Virus record (IMG/VR): IMGVR_UViG_3300025530_000020
Coordinates: 1 to 44,035 of that record
Strand: one strand, 5' to 3'
DNA: 44,035 nucleotides
Origin: a virus
Lineage: Duplodnaviria > Caudoviricetes
Below the pieces are notes generated by a model. It saw only the letters and a program-made list of their open reading frames with translations, was not told the origin of the DNA and made no database searches. A program made the position numbers and the translations under genes. Position 1 is the stretch's first letter. Every line of letters starts with the position of its first letter. Of the stretch, positions 37,218-44,035 are shown one piece after another.

Positions 37218-37282
37218 GCCGACCCGGCGAGGTCCACAACAAGATTGGAGATCACAGTAGCGGTTTCCATCACCGGGTCGGC
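37218..37282 (-). ncRNA. Candidate antisense RNA element (13-bp stem, 39-nt loop complementary to a multi-gene RBS motif)
   Basis: Minus-strand GCCGACCCGGUGA pairs with UCGCCGGGUCGGC. The loop contains AUCUCCAAUCUUGUUGUGG. Confidence 0.5.
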
Positions 37283-37623
37283 TCCCGCAGCATACCACGC
37301 CGGTCCCATGCTTCCATGGTTGGTGTCCACGGTCCGCTCGCGTCGAGTGGCACAATCTGTCCGTTCTGATTGATCCACCGGCCGTTGGTCCTTGTCGCGG
37401 TGGTGCGCCCGCCTCGGACTTGTGTCACGTGTGCGGGAACGTCTTCCAGCAGTGCGTAGCTCGGTTGATCGGTCACGGTGTTCTCCTTGTCATTCGTACG
37501 GTGTCGGAGATCAACATCCTCGACGGCGCGACACTGACAGGCATGGCTGCCCGGCGTTCTGGCGCGCCGTAGACGCGCCAGAACGCCAGCCAGCACAGCC
37601 AGTGCAGCGACGATCCTCGTCAT
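37270..37623 (-). CDS. Hypothetical protein (internal strong start GTG 37476 possible)
   Basis: 4-nt overlap with the upstream gene. AAGGAG RBS before VTDQPSY. Confidence 0.5.
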   Translation of the reverse strand: MTRIVAALAVLAGVLARLRRARTPGSHACQCRAVEDVDLRHRTNDKENTVTDQPSYALLEDVPAHVTQVRGGRTTATRTNGRWINQNGQIVPLDASGPWTPTMEAWDRRGMLREPTR

Positions 37624-37880
37624 GTCGGCACACCAGCCTGTTCAAGGGCGAGCAGCCGTTCCACAGCGACAGCGAGCCACCAAGTCATCGTGACGTAGCT
37701 CGAATCACTGCATGTGCCAAGCGATTCGAAGATCGCCGCTAGCGCGGTAACCCGAGCGGTCGGCGTCTTCGGGGCACGACCGGCATCGATGTCTGCCTGC
37801 AACCGTCGCAACAGTTCATCGAAGCTCGATGTCATGCCGTCGAAGTCGTGAATACATTTCTCACACACGGATTTACTCAC
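37620..37880 (-). CDS. Hypothetical protein
   Basis: 86-aa ORF coupled to its neighbours. Confidence 0.55.
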   Translation of the reverse strand: MSKSVCEKCIHDFDGMTSSFDELLRRLQADIDAGRAPKTPTARVTALAAIFESLGTCSDSSYVTMTWWLAVAVERLLALEQAGVPT

Positions 37881-38553
37881 CTTCGAGACTGTCGAGGATG
37901 GCCGTCAACCCGTCGATAATCTCGCGCAGCTTCGACGCGTTGTTCTTGGCAATCGTCTTGCGCGAGTTCTCGAATCGCGGGTCGACTGCCAGCTCGGCGA
38001 GCACGTCGAGCTGTGTTTTCAGTTCGGACACAACGTCTTTCACTTCACCGGTGATGGGACGCCGCTGCACCGTCGGTGGCTCGTCGTCCTCGTCGACTTC
38101 CTCGACATCAAGCGGTTCCTCGCCGGATTCCTTGTGCTGCTGAGGCTTCCGCTTTTTGTAAGTCTTGCCGTCGAGTCCGGTGACTTCCTCCGGAGTATCG
38201 GCGTCGGCGAGGTCATTGCGCACCGTGCCCTCGCTCACCCCGGTGATCGCGGCGATGGTGCGGTTGCTCATGCCCTTGCCGGACATAAGCTCTGCCAACG
38301 CTTTTCGCTCGTCCCGGTCCACCGGCGCAATCTTCACGGCATCCTTGACGTACGCCGTCCACGACTTATAGCCGAGGGCCACATGGATTTGCCCGAGCGC
38401 AGCCTGTTCCAGCAGATCGATCAGGTGGTCGAAGCTATTGACAACCTGTTCGCTGGCCTTGCGGATTTGCGCGTCAAGTTCCTTGGCTTTCTCTTCGCTG
38501 AACGGCTGGGTGCTATCGATGATTTCGGGTTCGATGTACGGCTCGACCGTCAT
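37873..38553 (-). CDS. Helix-turn-helix DNA-binding protein
   Basis: LGYKSWTAYV; GMSNRTIAAITGVSEGTVRNDL; VTGLDGKTY. Confidence 0.8.
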   Translation of the reverse strand: MTVEPYIEPEIIDSTQPFSEEKAKELDAQIRKASEQVVNSFDHLIDLLEQAALGQIHVALGYKSWTAYVKDAVKIAPVDRDERKALAELMSGKGMSNRTIAAITGVSEGTVRNDLADADTPEEVTGLDGKTYKKRKPQQHKESGEEPLDVEEVDEDDEPPTVQRRPITGEVKDVVSELKTQLDVLAELAVDPRFENSRKTIAKNNASKLREIIDGLTAILDSLEGE

Positions 38554-38655
38554 TGCTGTTTCCTCCAATCTCGTTGTGGATTCGATGGGTGGTGTGGTTC
38601 ACCGCTCTGTTCGGCGGGGCGGCCTCCTTTCTCGTTGAGCGCCAACGCGTTTTGT

Positions 38656-39720
38656 CTATACAGTGGCCTTTCCCAGTTCGGTGCGGCGCGCCATGATCGC
38701 GCGCTTCACGCTGTCCGTCAGCGCGCCGTCACGTTTCGCCTGCCTCCACAGCTCACGCAGCGCGTCTTCGCTGTTCGCTTGCGCCGCTTGCTCTTCCAGG
38801 CTCAGCGGGTCGTCGGCGTCGAGGCTTGGCGGCGCGATGTCGTCGCCGAGAATCAAGCCTTTGGTGTTGCGCCATTCCCACACCTTCACAGCCAATTGGC
38901 ATGCGTCCCAGCCTTTTCGGATGTCGACCGGCCTGATTTCGCAGCGCCCCTTACCAGCTGGGAGGCTGATGATGTACGCAACGTCGAGGTTGATCGGCGC
39001 GGGGTCCGTTGTGCGCCTGTCCTTCCCGATGTCGTACGGCACGCTGTGCGCATACATGGCCAATTGCATTGCGACACTATGCGGATAGCTGATCGGGTTC
39101 TCGTTCGGCGATGTCTTTATGTCGAACACATGCAGTTCGCCGTTGAGCCAACCGATGCGGTCCGCCGTGCCTCCGACTCGCCATTCGTCATGTACGCGAA
39201 AGCTTTCCACAGCCGCCCATTCGATGTTCTTCGTCGCAGCCTCGTAAGCCCTGAGGTCGGCGGGGTACGGCTCGGGAACGTGCCCAAGCTCCTGCCCGGT
39301 GTCCATCCATTCGGTGAGTGTGTGCAGCGCTGTTCCGATGTTCGCTCCCGCACTGGCTCGGGCGTGTTCCTTTGCGGCATCAGCGATTTCCTGCAACCTG
39401 TCGCGGTCCGACCCATCGTTGCGGCACGCGGCAGCGGCAAGTACTAGGTCTTCGCGCTGACTCATGCCGTAGGCGACCATTCGTCGATCCCATGCTTTCA
39501 GCGCGTACTCGGACTGCAACACGTCAATGAAAGTTGTTGTGCGCTTGTAGTAGATGCATGGGCAGTCGCCCGGCCTGGTTGTGCCTCGTCTGCCCGTGCG
39601 GCACGGTCGCTTGCATAGCGGGCATGTCTTGTCACCGGACGGTGTGTAGCCGTCCGGCAGCACTAGCGGGCCATCCCATTGCGGGTGGCGCGGTATGTCG
39701 ATTCGCTGATATGCCATCAT
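38656..39720 (-). CDS. PD-(D/E)XK (RecB/Cas4-like) exonuclease
   Basis: GTALH, GGTADRI..FDIKTS and MQLAMYA motifs. Confidence 0.85.
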   Translation of the reverse strand: MMAYQRIDIPRHPQWDGPLVLPDGYTPSGDKTCPLCKRPCRTGRRGTTRPGDCPCIYYKRTTTFIDVLQSEYALKAWDRRMVAYGMSQREDLVLAAAACRNDGSDRDRLQEIADAAKEHARASAGANIGTALHTLTEWMDTGQELGHVPEPYPADLRAYEAATKNIEWAAVESFRVHDEWRVGGTADRIGWLNGELHVFDIKTSPNENPISYPHSVAMQLAMYAHSVPYDIGKDRRTTDPAPINLDVAYIISLPAGKGRCEIRPVDIRKGWDACQLAVKVWEWRNTKGLILGDDIAPPSLDADDPLSLEEQAAQANSEDALRELWRQAKRDGALTDSVKRAIMARRTELGKATV

Positions 39721-39738
39721 TCTCCCTCGTTGTGTGGT

Positions 39739-40068
39739 TCACCAACCCCGTTGGCGCATAACGCGATTCACGGCTGTCTCTCCGGTCGGGTCCAGGTAGG
39801 AGATGACCGGCGCCAGTTCTGGGTGCGCTGCGGCGAGTCGTCGGCGGTGCGTCTCGTCGGCGAGGAATTCGTGAAATGTTATGCGCGCCTTGCGAAGTGC
39901 TTTCTCGAACCGGCGCGCGAGCTTGTTGACCTTCGCGGGGCTGATGTCGATGCCGCTGTCCTCCATCGCTTTTCGGGCAGCGTTGACTATCAGTCGTAGT
40001 TGTCGGCCAGTGAGCGCGTTGCGGCGTGTTGTGGAAACACTGGCCCCGGTGTCGGCGGCTGCTGTCAT
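39739..40068 (-). CDS. Hypothetical protein
   Basis: 109-aa ORF with C-terminal YLDPTGETAVNRV. Confidence 0.6.
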   Translation of the reverse strand: MTAAADTGASVSTTRRNALTGRQLRLIVNAARKAMEDSGIDISPAKVNKLARRFEKALRKARITFHEFLADETHRRRLAAAHPELAPVISYLDPTGETAVNRVMRQRGW

Positions 40069-40400
40069 GTGGCAGACCGTTTTTGTACGGGTAGCGGATG
40101 TGGTGGCCGGTGTGGCGGCCTAGGCGGCCTGGGTGGGCGACGGTTCAGCGCCGCAGGTTCGAGCACTATGGCTGATAGCGGGCAATTGAAAAGCCTTGCG
40201 AGACGGTAGATGAGCATCGGCGTGGCACGTCCGCGCCAGTTGTCGTCGAAGGCTTCGTATATGCGTGATCGGCTAGCGCCGATGCGCGCAGCTAGTTCGC
40301 CTCGTGAGTGAATGTCGTGTCGTACCAACAGATTTAGTAGTGATGATGTGTTCCATACCAGCTCGTCAACGTGGTAGTTGTCGTCGTCCGGCAACAGCAT
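40065..40400 (-). CDS. Xre/Cro-like HTH regulator
   Basis: SRGELAARIGASRSRIYEAF..LARLFNCPL. First gene after the regulatory gap. Confidence 0.7.
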   Translation of the reverse strand: MLLPDDDNYHVDELVWNTSSLLNLLVRHDIHSRGELAARIGASRSRIYEAFDDNWRGRATPMLIYRLARLFNCPLSAIVLEPAALNRRPPRPPRPPHRPPHPLPVQKRSAT

Positions 40401-40609
40401 GGGTGGGACTGTAGCACGGGTGTCCCGATTTCGGACACAATGTTCGGTCAGCGGATCGCCGCGTCGGGATCGTCGCAGTTCAAAGGGTGTTGCGCTGTCC
40501 CGAAAACCGGACTAAACTGCCCGCAACCCGTACGGGAAGACCGGCGGTACATATACATAAATAGGCAGCGAATGCGCCTTTGAGACCACAGGGGTGTAAG
40601 GGGATTTAA
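40401..40609. promoter_or_regulatory. Divergent promoter/operator region
   Basis: Operator-like GTGTCCCGATTTCGGACAC (~40420-40438) and TGTCCCGAAAACCGGAC (~40496-40512). AT-rich TACATATACATAAAT. Confidence 0.5.
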
Positions 40610-40792
40610 GTGGCAACGATTGGCGGACACGACAAGCGCGAGCTGGAACTTGCTGTGCGCCAAGAGAAAACGAAACTGATCAAAGAACGCACGGAACTGG
40701 TGCGCGAACTGCGCAGAATGCAGACGAGGCTGACGGAGATCGATGAACGTTTGGACCAGCTGAGGCAGGCTGAGATTCTGCTCGAAGAGTGA
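40610..40792 (+). CDS. Small coiled-coil protein; the only credible plus-strand gene
   Basis: 60-aa heptad-rich ORF, divergent from the HTH gene. Confidence 0.55.
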   Translation: MATIGGHDKRELELAVRQEKTKLIKERTELVRELRRMQTRLTEIDERLDQLRQAEILLEE

Positions 40793-40882
40793 CGCCTTGC
40801 GGCACAACATGATTGAGATGCGGTAGACTGAAGGCCGCCCTTGCAACGTCCATTGCTTGGACCCTCCTTGTTGTGGTGGTGG

Positions 40883-40936
40883 GAGAGGCCCCGGGCCTGG
40901 TCATCAAATGCGGTCCCGACCAGCCCGGGGCCTCTC
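40883..40936. terminator. Long GC-rich hairpin
   Basis: GAGAGGCCCCGGG-C-CTGGTC..GACCAG-CCCGGGGCCTCTC, between convergent genes. Confidence 0.55.
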
Positions 40937-41046
40937 TTTGCGCCCTGATTGCCCCTGTAACGAACGAACACCCCGTCTCGGGTGGTAGACCACTTGAGCG
41001 GACCGTTCGTACGTCTACGGGCCATCTAGGCGGCAATACTGGCGTG

Positions 41047-41250
41047 CTACACATCGAGGCGCCGTCGCACCGCCGACAGTCGTTCGATGATCAGGGCCAG
41101 TTCCTCATCAATCGATCTGTCATCGGCGTAGTCCTGCAACCAAGCCCTGAACAACTTCGACAGCGTCGTGCCTTCGCTGCGGGCCTTTGCAGATGCCTTG
41201 CGCCACAACGCATCTTCGACACGGACATACCGTTTTGGTGTTTCGGCCAT
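41047..41250 (-). CDS. Ribbon-helix-helix DNA-binding protein
   Basis: TPKRYVRVEDALWRKA..KA..EGTTLSKLFRAWL. Confidence 0.8.
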   Translation of the reverse strand: MAETPKRYVRVEDALWRKASAKARSEGTTLSKLFRAWLQDYADDRSIDEELALIIERLSAVRRRLDV

Positions 41251-41259
41251 GCGAAATCA

Positions 41260-41616
41260 TCACTCTCCCAACATGTCTCGAACAACAAGCGGGACGCTCA
41301 ACGTCTCGCCATCGTCGTCGCATCCGCCGGTGACCACCACGGTGCCGCAAAGCACTTCCCTACCCCGCACGAACGGGTTGAACTGCCACCACAGCCCCGT
41401 GGCGGCAGCGTTGAACGGCAAACCCTCAAGCCTGCCTTCATCGTTGACGAACAGGGTCACATCGGTATCCGTGCCGTAAACCGTGCCGTAAACCGCTTCG
41501 ATGTTGCCGCCCACTGCGTGCTGCAACGTTCGCAACGCATGAGCACGATCCACGGTGACCTGACGCCAACTGCCGTCCGGGTCGACGACGATTGCCTCGA
41601 ACGAGCCTAGACGCAT
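41260..41616 (-). CDS. DUF3846-like protein
   Basis: LQHAVGGNIEAV..FVNDEG..GLPFN..AT..LCGTVVVTG. Confidence 0.8.
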   Translation of the reverse strand: MRLGSFEAIVVDPDGSWRQVTVDRAHALRTLQHAVGGNIEAVYGTVYGTDTDVTLFVNDEGRLEGLPFNAAATGLWWQFNPFVRGREVLCGTVVVTGGCDDDGETLSVPLVVRDMLGE

Positions 41617-41713
41617 TTCTGTCTCCAATCATGTTGTGTACCAAATGTGAATGGCCTGAGCAGGCCAGGAACCGCAGGTGCGCAACCATGCGCACGCGCG
41701 GAACCCTACCGGC

Positions 41714-42088
41714 TCAGACAGTTCGCAATAGTTCGTCGTCCACATTGAACAGGCCGAGCCGCCCTCGTAGCGGTACCGGATCAATGGGACGCGGCCTGGA
41801 AAGTACCCAATGCCAATGCTGGCGCATTGCCCATCTACTGCGAACGCCCTTGCGGCAATCGACAATATCGACGAACCCGATCACCGCGCCGAACACGAGA
41901 TCGTCGTCGTCAGGCACATCGACGCCGCTATTTTTTATGAACGCCAACGCTTCTCGGTCGAAGCTTTTCCCGGCGTGAATCGCAAGCGGCCCACGGTAGT
42001 TGGTGAACCATGTGCGATTCTCAACATCCTTGAGGCCCTGCATGATTGCCCATGCCCAAGGTTGCTTCACCGACAGGCAGACAGCCAT
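41714..42088 (-). CDS. ASCH domain protein
   Basis: LSVKQPWAWAI..GLKDVENRTW.T.YRGPLAIHAG..GRLGLF. Confidence 0.9.
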   Translation of the reverse strand: MAVCLSVKQPWAWAIMQGLKDVENRTWFTNYRGPLAIHAGKSFDREALAFIKNSGVDVPDDDDLVFGAVIGFVDIVDCRKGVRSRWAMRQHWHWVLSRPRPIDPVPLRGRLGLFNVDDELLRTV

Positions 42089-42230
42089 CTACTCATCACC
42101 GCCCGAAATGGTCGGCGGCGCAACGTGCTCCTTGCTCATCACTGCCTCCAATCTCGTTGTGGTTCAGACTATTCGGGACTGAATAGCCGTGGAAGCCAAC
42201 GGGTCTAAGCCCGTTGGCAACCATGACGAT

Positions 42231-42404
42231 TCAGGCGGGCCTGTCATCACCACACTGATCGCAATGGACCAGCACCACCGAGCCAGTACTACGAGTCAAC
42301 GCCCAGCCATCCGGCAGCACGTCGAACATCTCGCAATACAGGCCAGGAACCTGTTGTGGCTCACTGACTTTGCCGCACTCGTCGCACTCAAGCAGTACAG
42401 CCAT
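42231..42404 (-). CDS. 57-aa zinc-ribbon protein
   Basis: Not in the ORF track. MAVLLECDECGK...DGW...HCDQCG. Confidence 0.6.
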   Translation of the reverse strand: MAVLLECDECGKVSEPQQVPGLYCEMFDVLPDGWALTRSTGSVVLVHCDQCGDDRPA

Positions 42405-42413
42405 CACTCGCCC

Positions 42414-43091
42414 TCACAGCCACTCCGGTCGAACCACCCGCCATTGCGTTTCGTTGTCGGACAACCGAATTGGCATAATCAACCCGAGAAAATCATCATC
42501 GATCAGAACAGCTAGAGGCTTGTTCTTCCGGTCGTCGTCCTCGTCGAACGAGTACATCGCCATCTGATGTGATCCCCCATTGACTCGCGCGAAGCGCGCC
42601 AACAGGTTCGGGTTCAGTCCAACCGATGACCGTTTGACCATCGGCGTGCTGTCGGACGGAATCAGCTGGCGCCACTTGGGAAGTGACTGAGACGGCGTCT
42701 TCATCGTGAAATGCTCGCCACTGCTGAACTCGAACGTCACCGTTCCGTCGTAGCACTGCTTGATCGTGACTCTACGGGTCGCTGAATCGCGCTTCGTTGT
42801 CTTCGCTGCTTTCACAAGCGTTTTCACGTTCGGCGCTGCGATGTTGAACGTAGCGCCGTCATCGTTGTTCGCTTGCCCTTTGACGCCGTCGAGGTCCAGC
42901 TTGGCGACGCCGAGCGTAAACCTGTCTGTAGCAACGCAAATCATGCGATGCGCGTCAAAGTTGAACTGCACCAATGAGATTTCCGGGAACAGTTCATGGT
43001 TGTCCTCCATGAACAGCGCCGCATTGCTCAGCACACGGTGCAGCTCGGAAGCGCGGACCCAAGCGACTGTCGTAGCGACCTTCTCGCTCAT
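42414..43091 (-). CDS. DNA polymerase III beta-clamp-like protein (truncated)
   Basis: CVATDRFTL, LPKWRQLIP, GLNPNLL and FLGLIMPIRL resemble the middle and C-terminal domains of DnaN. About 225 aa. Confidence 0.75.
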   Translation of the reverse strand: MSEKVATTVAWVRASELHRVLSNAALFMEDNHELFPEISLVQFNFDAHRMICVATDRFTLGVAKLDLDGVKGQANNDDGATFNIAAPNVKTLVKAAKTTKRDSATRRVTIKQCYDGTVTFEFSSGEHFTMKTPSQSLPKWRQLIPSDSTPMVKRSSVGLNPNLLARFARVNGGSHQMAMYSFDEDDDRKNKPLAVLIDDDFLGLIMPIRLSDNETQWRVVRPEWL

Positions 43092-43267
43092 CTCTATCTC
43101 CAATCTTGTTGTGGTTTCGACTGTTCGGGCTGAACAGCCGTGGAAGCCAGCGGACCGCAAATCCGCTGGCAACCATGGCGGTTCAGTCGAATCGACACGA
43201 ATTCCGGTCTTGAGCGACCGTGGAAGCCAACGGACCGAAATCCGTTGGCAACCATGAGCGCTCAAGC

Positions 43268-43537
43268 TCAGCGACGACGCACGATTCGCCTGCGGTGCCA
43301 CCTACAGTGCTGCATCGCGTCGCGCATGGTGGGGAACCAATCGATGCTTTCCCCTGCGCCCACGTCTGTCCGAAGGCGACCCTCAGGGTCGTACACAGCG
43401 GACCATTCGCCGCCCTCGAACCCCTCGTAATCACCTTCGGCCCAGACGCTTTTGCTTCGCGGCAGACTGTCGTGCATCACCGCGTACACGCCGTCAAGCG
43501 TTGCGTACCAACTTTTTTGGACCTTTGTGAACCTCAC
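43268..43537 (-). CDS. Hypothetical protein
   Basis: 89-aa ORF with a GTGA overlap. Confidence 0.6.
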   Translation of the reverse strand: MRFTKVQKSWYATLDGVYAVMHDSLPRSKSVWAEGDYEGFEGGEWSAVYDPEGRLRTDVGAGESIDWFPTMRDAMQHCRWHRRRIVRRR

Positions 43538-43905
43538 AGTTCATCATCCTCCGGCTCTCCGTTGTCAAGCTCCCAGCCAGCCTCGCCAGCCAGTCGCAAC
43601 GCGACACGGAGCGAACGCCGATAACGCTGCGACGCAACGGTTTTCATGAACCACGGCGCGAAACGATGCAGCTCACCGTAGTGAGCGGTGATGGCCGTCG
43701 GCCATGCTTCGACGAGTATGCCGACAATCTCATCGCTAGGCACCACAAGGACATCGCCATCCTTGATGTCCTCGCGAACCTGTGTGTCGTTGTAGCACAT
43801 CACGGTGTCCGGAAACACGTGAACCCGAACGCCTTGAATCGTGACCGATTCCGGCATGCCCTTGACGACCCACTGGTTCGCCGGTGCCGCAACATCAATC
43901 GCCAT
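43534..43905 (-). CDS. Hypothetical protein
   Basis: ATG 43905 after the GATTGGAG motif. YNDTQVREDIKDGDVLVV..VGILVEAWPTA. Confidence 0.7.
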   Translation of the reverse strand: MAIDVAAPANQWVVKGMPESVTIQGVRVHVFPDTVMCYNDTQVREDIKDGDVLVVPSDEIVGILVEAWPTAITAHYGELHRFAPWFMKTVASQRYRRSLRVALRLAGEAGWELDNGEPEDDEL

Positions 43906-44035
43906 CTTTGTCTCCAATCTCGTTGTGGTTGTTTTCCGTTTCGGTCTGAGCGACCGTGGAAGCCAACGGATCGAAATCCGTTGGCAACCATGAGCGCTCA
44001 GCTCTCGTGAGTGGTAGCCACGGTCACCCCTCCGC

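Larger units (their letters stand above)
42179..44001. repeat. Four dispersed ~55-nt hairpin repeats (42179-42234, 43130-43186, 43210-43265, 43946-44001)
   Basis: Conserved core CCGTGGAAGCCA(A/G)CGG..CCG(T/C)TGGCAACCATG with compensatory stem changes. Confidence 0.9.

Noticed and set aside
41469-41495. 12-bp tandem duplication (VYGTVYGT) in the DUF3846 gene
   Set aside because: It is a small in-frame slippage event with no further pattern.
42179-44001. Hairpin repeats as a CRISPR array
   Set aside because: Spacing is irregular (about 23 to 900 nt), whole genes lie between copies, and there is no cas operon. The Cas4-like nuclease is a common phage exonuclease.
1-44035. tRNA genes, integrase/attP, lysis cassette
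   Set aside because: None was recognisable by eye in this window. tRNAscan/Aragorn were not run.

Overview
This window is a 44-kb segment of a GC-rich, HK97-fold siphovirus. A DUF732 gene and mycobacteriophage-type tail genes point to a mycobacteriophage or related actinophage. Almost every real gene is on the minus strand, so transcription runs from high to low coordinates. The order is: early/accessory genes separated by repeated hairpins and RBS-associated motifs (44.0-41.0 kb); a regulatory switch region (~40.4-40.8 kb); recombination/replication genes (PD-(D/E)XK exonuclease, SSB-like, Prim-Pol, DEDD exonuclease, MazG-like, DNA methylase, AAA helicase, RusA); HNH; a ~1.1-kb non-coding, motif-rich presumed cos/packaging region; a five-gene cassette; then terS, terL, portal, protease, capsid, head-tail connectors, major tail, tail chaperones, tape measure and minor tail genes. 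No integrase or lysis cassette is visible. The most striking features are four. (1) The cassette (ParB-N, ABC-ATPase-GNAT, PanD, class III CoA-transferase, second ABC-ATPase-GNAT) sits beside the packaging site and is a candidate new DNA acyl-hypermodification system. (2) An intergenic stem-loop at 37218-37282 has a loop that is the exact antisense of a conserved RBS motif found in front of about six genes. (3) Four covarying ~55-nt hairpins separate early genes. (4) An array of about 13 CGTTG-N5-CAAYG palindromes surrounds a duplicated cos-like core. All functional calls come from motif recognition by eye; no database searches were run.
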